From Ruditapes philippinarum (Eukaryota): DNA of 64,000 nucleotides. Where the stretch lies: assembly GCF_026571515.1 (NCBI RefSeq), contig NW_026865957.1, positions 186,001-250,000 of the forward strand, read 5' to 3'. The first letter of the stretch is position 1; every line of letters starts with the position of its first letter. The notes under the pieces were generated by a model, which had not been told where the DNA came from, searched no databases, and saw nothing but the letters and a program-made list of their open reading frames with translations. Positions 38,484 to 49,600 of the stretch are shown here, in pieces. A program made the position numbers and the translations under genes.

Positions 38484-39128
38484 ATGTATTCAATTCTGAT
38501 GCATAATGTGGCTTTAAAATGTAGTTGATTATAATAATTTTCCTTAGCTGAATCTTTACAGTTTCAAGTATTTCCATGACACCTGCGCCTTAACCAGTTG
38601 ACTTTTCAGTAGTCAGCCTTCTTAACAATAGAGTATCCTGAAACCCGGAAGACAAGAACAATATAAAACACTGAGATAATGTACGGATTTTTTTTTTTAA
38701 AATTCCAAACTGTATGCTCTGCTTCATTTGAGGTATAATGTTTAATGTTCCATCCATGTTACACAACTACCACAAGAGATAAAAGGTCTAAAGTGCTGAT
38801 ATTAACACATAATACATATACATGTGTCATTTGTTAACACTGCTGCAACTTCAAAGATACAATGCCTATATATTACAGTAGATCATTTTTATTTATATTT
38901 ACTGGACTTCCATGACTATTTTTCTCAAAGTAAAACTTTAAAACCTGTGTCACTGACTAGTATAAAATGTCTCATACGTTTGAAACAGTTAACAGCAACT
39001 TCTTTCTATCACTATTTTATCTGTTCAGTTGTATTTGCTCTTCAAATTCATCTCTTTTCAAAGCAAGCAATTTCAGTTCAACGGCGTTATCAATTCAAAC
39101 GTTTCAGGTGTTGCTTTTCGTGATTACT

Positions 39129-41324
39129 TTATATACTGTACGGTGGCGGTGGAGAATTATTGCCAATTGTCCGATTATACTCGTTGGTATTCTGATGCTG
39201 TTGCCATTCGACTATCCGACCGGAAGTGTTTCCACCAATAGTATCTGACGCATGCGTGCCATAAGCGGAAGCTGAGTCGACATAATATGGCGGAGGAGCC
39301 ATTGGTTGTCCGAACACCCCTAAAATAATAAAATTTATTTTTAAGATTTTCATATTTCAACATATATATAATAGCTGCACAGGTGGTTTGCTTCTTTTCA
39401 AAATAGGCTACGATGTTAGGCTAAATTTGATATGAATCAACAAGTGTGTCTATAAGAGCGGTTTAATTGGTATGATGTGCACTTTTAGAGCAATGAAAAC
39501 ACATGATAGAATTCAAGGTAAATGATTTGTTATGAAACTTTTCTGTAAACAGGCAAAAATACCGTTCCCGCACATACTACTGCCTAAAACCGTCAGTCTA
39601 TAGTCATCCTTAAACTTTTACTATTTTCAATTATTATTTATTATTTATTTTGAGAAAAGATTGACACTTGTTCACATAATATGTTTTAACTCTCTGAACT
39701 TTCTAAAAAATATCGATACGCGGCTAGTCGTATCAATTTTTCCAGGAAGCGCGATTTTGAGAGAGGGGAAAAAACTATTACAAAAATTATACAATAACAT
39801 TACTCACATTGTAGATGATAATAGTTAAAGTTCCTTCTGTCAGTTCCATCGATACATGCTCGTGGTAGGTTGGAAGGTCTATCTTCAGTCATACGTATCG
39901 AAATACCGGACGGTCCGGTTCTCCTCCGTGAAACTGTTTTCTTCTTGTACCAAAGAGCAATAAGCAATACAGCTAGCACTGATAGTAAGATTGCGGCCAC
40001 GATAATATAAGCTATGTAAGATGATGTCGCGCAACAATATTTGTCGGGACTATTTCCACAGCATCCATTGTCACACATGTATAACTCATGCCGAACTTCG
40101 TTTATGCACTCTGTTTCGCATTGTACCTCTTGTATGGAAGAAAGAAATATGTATTAAAGCGCATATCATAAAAGCCTCGGCGAAGATAAAATATCGTCAC
40201 TATTTCGACAATTTCACAAGAATTACTCTTACATGTATATAATAGGTTTATGCGAGTACAATTATCTGCAAATGCACGAATACTTATTCTATTAGATAAT
40301 TTCAGATGACACTTAGTTTGAATTTTATTCTGATAAAAAAAATACATCTTAATTAAGAAGCGTCACAAAGAAAGTAGTGCAATATTGTTTCAAAGCAGTT
40401 ATGTCGTTCTCCAATTAATTTCTTAAAAACCGATCAAGATTTCACGTACTAACTGTTGAAATGAAATAGTATATAGTGATGGCTATTCATCAGTATAAGT
40501 CTAATTAATCCTTACCACTCTAAATATCTTAAATGGACTTGTCCATTCTAAAGACTAAACCATTCATCATTTTAAGGGGGGAAATTAACAATATGTACAT
40601 TTGTAAAAACTGCAGTCTACGTTCAAATGGCAAGGACTTTGGTCCGCACGGGCGGCACGAGTAAATTCACTTGCCGCTAGCATATCGATCTTATTACTAA
40701 TAAATTGTTAAGTATTGCATGTCGTTTATCATGTTCTTTTTTTATGTATTGCCGGATACATAAAGAATCTTTAAAAATATTCCCGACCAGACCCACAATT
40801 CCTTGCACGAGATTCATTGGCCCTTCAAGTTGACCAATTTCTGCCATCTTGTTTTAACATAACCGTATCGAGAAAAATTTTGATTTTCTTAATATTCAAT
40901 GGTTTTTATTTTACATTTTTACAACTTCTTTTTGTCACTTCTTTCGATAACCGTAACAAATTTTATATAACGTGGTACATTTTCTCGTTTCAAACATAGT
41001 TTTAGAAATTCTCACGAAAATGAGAACTTGCGAGATGATTTATTCCTGATAAAGTTTTTAGGAGGACGACAGCTTACTCTCCATTTAAATTGCTCTGTGG
41101 TATTTCTGAACCACGCTCTTGTACTTATGTTTACGAAAAGTGCGCTTACTATCAAACGGACTGAAGACAGTAAAGCAATACAATCACCATTGCTGTATCT
41201 TTACAACTGTTCGGAAATAAATATATATTTTAGAATATAATACAAATGCATTTAACATACCTCGCAGTATCAAGAAAAATAGTCCAATTCTGAGGATTGC
41301 TGCGTAGGAATCTAACTTTTTCAT
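39129..41324 (-). CDS. Shisa-like protein, gene C2 (191 aa); exons 41261-41324, 39808-40128, 39129-39319
   Basis: Signal exon MKKLDSYAAILRIGLFFLILR|gtatg, phase 1; six-Cys ectodomain, TM, two PPxY motifs; frame open across both junctions. Confidence 0.82.
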
Positions 41325-42007
41325 TTTCACCTGGGAATTGTGAACGTAAGCGTAACTTTAAAATGTCCACTTTATGTTGGTTAGACCTAAGATCAATAAA
41401 TGCTATGTCAAAATCTCAATACAATGTAATTTAAAGTCTCTTTATTAAATGAATGGTGTTTTCTAAACTAAAGAAGGTAAATAAAAGGTTTTTTATTTTT
41501 ATTTCAACATGTTGTAACGTATTTTATACATAATTTTACATGTGTAAAACTGCAATATTACGCACGCAGTTAAACAATATTATACAATTCAATAGGTTAT
41601 ACATTATTACACAATAACATTTTTGTGGCTGTAATTGGGTTTATTGTAATCCTTTAGATTAAATTATCGAACGATACATGTGTAAACTATGCTTTTATTC
41701 CGTGTGCATGTATACAAAAATTGGTAAAATATAAAAACTAACATATAATTTGTCACACAATTACGTCACCGGTAACTAGATAGTCTCCCCCACCCCCTAC
41801 TGTTCTTTGTTAGAGTAGGTAGCTAGTCACACTTTGGGACTGGTTCATGTAAGTATTACTGAACATTTTTCTTTCTTTTCTTGATAAATAAACGTTTCAT
41901 CTGTCTCACATCCTTCATTTACAACGATATAAATAATCCAGTGCCCCTGACTAGTACTTATATCTTTGTCATCTAACGTTTCCATCCTATTTCTTCTTTA
42001 TCTCATT

Positions 42008-44150
42008 TTAAGCCCGATGAGCAACATCGGCATTAATACTGTATGGTGGAGGCAGTTCGCCGTGCTGTTGTTGTGAAGTTTGGGGATCTAGTGTGTGACT
42101 GTATTCGTTTTGCGTTCGTTTTTGATTGGCAATTTGTTGCATATTTAATGACGTCAGTTCAATGTTTTCGTGAGAAACTTGGACGGCAGTGTAAGGTGGC
42201 GGCGGTCCTATGTACGGAGGAGGAGCCATTGTGCACGAGGAGGGTGTGGCTGAAATGTACAAAAACAATACTTGTACCTTAAGTTTTGAACGACTCATAA
42301 AAATACATTTGAAGACAGTGTAATAATGTATTGTTAAAGGACTATGACTTCTTCGCCGTATATACCATCTGTTTCAACTCAAACAATTCAAGTACAATTC
42401 TCAATTATGTGCGCTCATTTGTTTATTGACTAAATATATTCATAACTCACCACACATGCATTTCATTTTTCTTAACATTGAAAGAAATGGGCAAACATAC
42501 CCTGTTAACAAATATGTAGAATTCATTCTAATACTTTGCGGATGTTTGTAAATACAAAAAACAAACTATGTATATTTGAGTTTACTTACAATGCGATGAA
42601 TAACCGATGATTCTTGTGGTGTTATTTAAGCCTAATACACGATCATGAATTATATCTCGTCTGCTTGTGGAATTGAGCATCCGCTTGAGGTCCTTCCGTT
42701 TCCGGTAGCATATAACGAATACAGCTATTGCTAATACTACTAGGAACATAACACCGGCGACTATATATGGTATAAGTCTTCCATGTAGACAGCATTCAAG
42801 TTCTAAGTCGTTACCACAACATCCGAAATCGCAAAATTTTACCTCGGTGAAATCATGGTTGTAGCAAGCGGCCTCANNNNNNNNNNNNNNNNNNNNNNNN
42901 NNNNNNNNNNNNNNNNNNNNNNNNNNNNNNNNNNNNNNNNNNNNNNNNNNNNNNNNNNNNNNNNNNNNNNNNNNNNNNNNNNNNNNNNNNNNNNNNNNNN
43001 NNNNNNNNNNNNNNNNNNNNNNNNNNNNNNNNNNNNNNNNNNNNNNNNNNNNNNNNNNNNNNNNNNNNNNNNNNNNNNNNNNNNNNNNNNNNNNNNAATG
43101 GCGTCTTATATTTATTGTATATACATGTAGAAACAACAATGATTTTCTAAAGATTTAAATTCTTTTAACATATAATGACCAATGTGTCGGAAAAATGAAA
43201 AAATAAACAAATAAAATAAAAATAAATGCATAAATAAATAAAGAAAAGAAACAGAAATGAGCTAAAATCTTTACAAAAAAGACACAACGACCTATATTAG
43301 TTTTCCAGGTGGGGCTTGATTATATAAATCTTTGTAAGGTGTGCACGGGAGAGCAGCTGGGTAGAACAATTGGCTAGCTGGATAGGTTCCTAACATGTTG
43401 AGACTCGAACCTATCGGAGGTGCTCTGATAATAATTTGGTGCCAATATAACCTGCCACCGGAAACTGATAGCATATGGAATTAAATTTTAAGGCGCGATC
43501 AGTGAATTTGTCTTACTTTTATGTGTTACCATTGGATCCGATCTATATAAAAATCATAGTATCTTTTTAAAGTATGTTTCAGTGTTAACATTGAACCCGA
43601 TATAGATAAAATCAAAGTCTGGGAGTCACATTACATGTACCCATTGCTATTGAACAAGTTGTTTTAATGCAATAAAGTATTTGTAGTTATATGAGAGTTG
43701 CTCGAAAAGTGTAATATTATAAAGGCTTAATTAATTAATCAATAAATTGTTAAGTCTATATTTGTGTGCGAAGTGGGTGGAAAACAGCAATCACGTGTAA
43801 CCAAATATATTTTTGTTGATAAAATCTCTAAAATAAGTATGACCGCTAATTAATATGAAATTTAATAGTCCATATTTAAGACTCCTGTTTGATTTTTGAT
43901 ATATTATAATTACAAATATTTAAATAATACAATATTGTTATAAGAATTCATTTATTGCTCGTACCCTTGACAATATAAACGTTGTTATTTTATTGTGCAC
44001 ATGAATAATATAATATAATAAAAGTAGTATAATGATGTACAACACATAATGTCAGATAATATATCTATTTAATTATATAAAATATTATACAGTCTTACCA
44101 TTAATAAATGTATACAAACATCCAACGTATAGATATAATATCAAAATCAT
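42008..44150 (-). CDS. Shisa-like protein, gene D; exons 44099-44150, 42590-(gap, probably 43104), 42008-42249
   Basis: Signal exon MILILYLYVGCLYTFIN|gtaag; CYNHDFTEVKFCDFGCCGNDLELECC + TM + CYRKRK; last exon with three PPxY motifs (APPPY, PPPPY, LPPPY). The start of exon 2 is interrupted by an N gap. Confidence 0.75.
42877..43096. other. Assembly gap (220 N)
   Basis: Run of N. Confidence 1.
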
Positions 44151-44791
44151 TCTTCTGTCTCAACTTACGGGGAAGTTTCTGTCACAATAAAAGCGGAAAA
44201 TTTAACCCATATTTTCGCAAAATCTAAAATCTGTTAAATCGGTTAACAGTTTCCTTTATGTTATTAAAAGAATTATACATAACAGATGGCATGTATAAAC
44301 GCGTTCAAGTGGAAATTGTTATTGTTAGTTAATCGCCAACCAACATAACAGTGTTCGTTGACCTTATACGTAAAAGCAACAATGAGAAATTTCATTTAAA
44401 CTTGGTGAATGATGTATAAAGAATTTTTATATCTTTATTTGCATTTCAAAAGAAACGATAGCAGCACATGGAAAAAACATCTTTTGATTGTCATTAAATT
44501 GTTCAATTTACATTAATGAAAACATTCATTTCTTTCATTTTGTTTAAATTAAAAAAAACTGCTGGGGTGGGACTGGATATGTTACTACATGTCAACAGAA
44601 ATGATGGGCACATTAAGACGTTATTCTATGACTTGATTAATGGTTGTAACGGATCATTATTTACCGTCGGCATTCATAAAACTTTTTGTATAGCCAATTG
44701 TCATGTGAAATTAGAAAAAAATCTATATATCCTTTATTGCTTTTTTTTCTTATATTCCATTATGACCAGGTTGTATATGTATAATATCCGT

Positions 44792-44926
44792 CATATGTTG
44801 CGGTTCGGACCGGAATATCCGTCCTGAGGGAACCCGCCCATTGGGCGGTAACGGGGCTTGCCGAGTTACCGCCCATAGACGTGTTCCAGAGGGACGGATA
44901 TTCCGATCCGAACCGCAAACATATGT
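44792..44926. repeat. GC-rich ~135-bp palindrome (dispersed repeat; decayed relative near 8914-9030)
   Basis: catatgttgcggttcgga.cggaatatccgtcc ... ggacggatattccg.tccgaaccgcaaacatatg with an inner tgggcggtaac/gttaccgccca stem. Confidence 0.8.
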
Positions 44927-46618
44927 CAGATATTTTTTCTTGCATATTCTGCCATTTTATTTCATATTTTGAAATGGTTTACCTCAATGATATATGTTCA
45001 TTGAAATTAGTCATTTCACCACGATTACATATCTGATTCCAACAACTAGTTACTGGAGAACCCTTTTTAGCGACAGTAAATTGGCAATTACATTTGGCAA
45101 CACTGTTCCAACATCTGATGAAAAGCAGTAACTTGGCTTTTGGACGGGGAAATCCTGGGTAAATGCCGTTTCATGGGCACAACAAGATGATGAATCCACA
45201 TCCCTCTCTAACTACCGCCCCCTCTCCCCTAACCTCTGACAGTCTTTATCCCAGCTACTTTTCGTTACCACCACATTCACAGTGGAAAACAAGAAAGATC
45301 TAATGTCTCACTCAGCTTATCCCCATAACGTTTAATGGACAAGGAAGAGGTAGGGGGAACCTCCTAAAGCACTTGTAAACCATGAACAATGCCAATCATA
45401 GCAAATGTTCAAAATCCTCTGCATATAAAGATATGCTGTCAAATTCAAGTTCCCTTTACATTCTAAACTAAAACAGCAAGTGAACTAACCAAGATATATG
45501 AAAAAAAAAAGCAAATATTTTTTAAATCATTTTTTTTATTTCATTCATAACATTTACATACACGATTCAAGTCAATATTGCTTAAAGCACTTTTGTGTAC
45601 ATAGAAATATGAATTAATTACATAATAGTAAATGGAATCTCTTGAAAAATATTCATTCAAGAGTGAAAAAGCAGTTCATAAACCAAATTTTCTTTTTTTA
45701 TAAATGAGACTTCAACAAACTAGAAAACAAATATCTAATTAGCACAAGATTTAGTAAATAGCTAATGCATACAAATGTTTGTATCTTAACCCTTACATGC
45801 TGGACTGTCACAGTTAAGTCTTTACCAACTGTATAGAGCTAGGCAAGCATGCACATCCATACAGTTTGACCAGGACAGGCTGTATACAGTTGGCTGACCA
45901 AGTACACATTTTCATATATATTCTCAAAATTGATAATGGACAATTCCAAAAATGGCACATGGACATAGATAAGTCACAATGGCTACCAGCACAAAGAAAT
46001 CTAAAGTAAATATAAACATATTATGTGGAGATATATGCTACAAGAGTTTTGCAATTTTGAAATCCACTAACAAATTGAATATAAAATCCATAAAAGTTTA
46101 ACAAATTATGTTACTACAAATAATATTTGACCGAAAATACACAAATAAGATGAAAATCAACTTTGAAAACAATCTTTTTCCTATTTTTTTTTTATTTTGA
46201 ATTATGATGCATATTTATTCATATATAATGGTATTTGATAGATGGCCACTAATGAATGATAGTAATGCAAATGACTCAAAGTGCACTGAAATACTTACGT
46301 AAGTTCATGTATTTAGACTTTTTTTGTTATAGAGGAAGAACAATGTGTACAAGTTAACTCCCTTTCACTTATTACCCTATACATTATCTTACAGAATTTC
46401 CATCATGAATCATCAAACTACACTTAAAACACATTTTTTGAGTCTAGTAAGAACAGTATTTTTAATTGTTGGTTGTTTTCACAAGAGTAGAGTGTCTCTT
46501 GTCCACTGAAGTTATTAAACTTATTCCACACTGAATTACTTTCACAGAATCTGATATAAGTGTCTTCATGTAACAGTGTTCTAAAATGTTTATGTTCCTG
46601 TCATAATAAGAGATGTGT

Positions 46619-49600
46619 TTATGTTCCTGTTCGCATTGGGGGTGACACAAGTATCACACCATCACCTCTAACAAACAACATAGGGATGTTCCTCTTTGTT
46701 GACTGAAAAAATAAAGAACAACATTGAAGAAATTAACATTAAGCCCAGTGTATTCTATTATCAGAAAACCCTCATCTGTACTAAGAAAGTGCCTGAACTG
46801 TGAAAGCTCTCATCTGCACTGAAATATCTCTCCTGCACTAAAAAAACAACATGAAAACCCTCTTTCATCTGTAAAGGGAATTGGACTGAATTGAGAAAGC
46901 TCACATCTGTGATGAGGAAGTTAGGATACATTATGTTAACTATTCACATTTGTTGATATTACATGTCATTGATTTAAATAAAATTGACCAAATTTTAATT
47001 CTGTTTAGAGCTGTCATTGATTCAGTCAAAGGCATATCGTCGATATATCGATATCGGATTGCAGACATCGACAATACACCGATATATCGATATATTTACC
47101 TGTATTTCACATCCATATTTGTATGAATTATTTTAGTAAAAAGAACACCTTCTTTACATGAGCTTTTGATGTGTTTTGTTCATAAATGTCCCCTGATCAT
47201 ATTTTGCATACATTTGTGCTATGAAATATGTAAATTATCAAAGAAATATAAAACAGAGTATTAACTGTGGTTATTCATTTACTGGCCTCTATCCATATCT
47301 ATACACCATCACAATAAGCAGAACACTTCAATGACTAAAGTTACAATATGGAATCACTATCTCACTTGACTATATACAGAGTTCAAACTTAAATGTATAT
47401 TAACTAGAATGACTAGTTACCATGACTAGAGTAGAAAAACATAAATGTTTCATAAAAAATTTCAAATTTGTGCATAAGTTTTGTATGTAGATGTTAAATA
47501 ATAGTGACTGTTACAAGTCATAAAGTATTGAAACTAATGACACTTGAACACAGTGGATACAAAAACACAGTTGATATTAAGGATGCAAAGGAATGTGATT
47601 TTGAAAATATACATTTCTGGAAATAACTATAGTTTAATAGGAATTTATTATATTGAAATACAATTTTATTGACTTTTTATGACATTTTTTTAATTTTACT
47701 GTTCATACAGAACAAGGATTTGTCAAACCATTGTTACGCTTTTACTTGACAAAGTTACAATAATAATTTATTTTATTTATATACATATTTATTTTGTAAA
47801 TGATAGGAATTTTACAAATTATTTTATTTTTAAGTAATGGCCTACTGATTATATTGTTTTTACAAGCGGTGCTGACACTTGACTGATGTTTAACCTTGCC
47901 CCAATCAAGATGTGATCTCAAGTTAAATGTATTGCCGCTTAATGGCAGTCATACAACGAATCTAACTTGGGACTAATTTTGAGTTAACAACCCCCTTTTC
48001 ATCAACAAACCCAAAATGTTCCCAAATGGGAATTGGCTTTGAAATTTTAGCCTTCTTTTTGTCCCAACAATTTTAATGTTTTCAGCCATTTTTAAGTGTT
48101 GCTAAGATATGGGCATAGACTAAAATGTAGACAATTGTAAATGATGAATCTGACAGATCAAGACAGTTTAAGTATAATGATAATTGATTTAGATCTATTG
48201 GATTTTTATTTTCAAATTATTTTTTAAAATTGGATTGTTTTGTATATATAATTTCCAACACAGAGAAATATGTTTTTTCTGAAGTGCAAATACAGCTAGA
48301 TCCATACAGTAGCTGTCCATTTAGTAGTCACGGTATAGTTTTAGACATGTCCTTTTGACAGGGCACCTGTTTCCGTTTATGTTTTGAGTTAATTTTCGTC
48401 TTTTCCACAGACTTTTAGTAATAAGTTAAAGTATCGATTTTCTAAAATTTGAATCGATAATCGATCGACAAAAAAATATCAATGATACATCGATATCGCT
48501 TCTATCGATGACAGCTCTAATTCTGTTATCATTTCATTTTGTATTTTCAATTTTTATTTTTGACCATATATCATAAGTTTTCGCGGATATTCAACAGGAA
48601 TCAAGTGTCCCTTCTTTAAAAAAGTGCATTTGACTATGTGTATTCTTATAGCAATGTTAAAATACTAAAATAGAGGCTATTCATGCTCATAGACATACGG
48701 ATAAAAATATTACCAAGCTGGGACATATATTTATATAGTCTATGCTTAATGAACACCCATTAAAGCACAAAGATAGCTTTTGCTGTCGTGTACGGATCCC
48801 AGACATATCACATGTTGTGCCCTTAAAAGGTTAAATTTTGAAGCATAACAAGAGCTGTCAGTAGGACAGCAACGCTCGACTATTCTTAGTGCTTGATAGT
48901 AAAATAATGCTTGATACAGTTACCTCCTCCTGTTAACAGGTTGGGGTCATGATGGTGAACAAGTGTGCAAAGTTTCAAAGCCATATGTCAATGGACTTTG
49001 AAAATATTTGAACTATTACAAAAACTTTAACATAAATTCTAAGTCAAAAAAGGGGCATAATTCTGTCAAAATGCTTGATAGAGTTACCTCCTCCTCTTTA
49101 CAGGTTGGGGTCATGATGTTGAACAAGTGTGCAAAGTTTCAAAGCCATATGTCAATGGACTTTGAAAATATTAGAACTATTACAAAAACTTTAACGTAAA
49201 TTCTAAGTCGAAAAAGGGGCATAATTCTGTCAAAATGCTTGATAGAGTTACCTCCTCCTGTCTACAGGTTGGGGTCATGATGGTGAACAAGTGTGCAAAG
49301 TTTCAAAGCCATATGTCAATGGACTTTGAAAATATTTGAACTATTACAAAAACTTTAACATAAGTGGTTATGCCGACGCCGACGCTCGGGTGACTGCAAT
49401 AGCTCTACTTATTCTTATCGAATAGTCGAGCTAAAAAGGTAATGATTTAACTCTGTGCAATTTCCTCATAGTTTAAGCCAAAGAAGTGAATTCTGAGCTG
49501 AAAGTTGGTCACTATAATACACTGTAAAGCAGTCAATGAGCACAAATTGTATAGTAATCTGTACATCATTTGGGATATAAAATCACATGTCAGTGATTTT

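Larger units (their letters stand above)
33397..40570. repeat. Tandem segmental duplication, copy 2 (contains B2 and exons 2-3 of C2)
   Basis: Collinear with 24940-32310. Confidence 0.9.

Noticed and set aside
42582-43139. 185-aa ORF reading through the N gap
   Set aside because: Its length and N-terminus are artefacts of translating Ns; only 42590-42876 is supported coding sequence.
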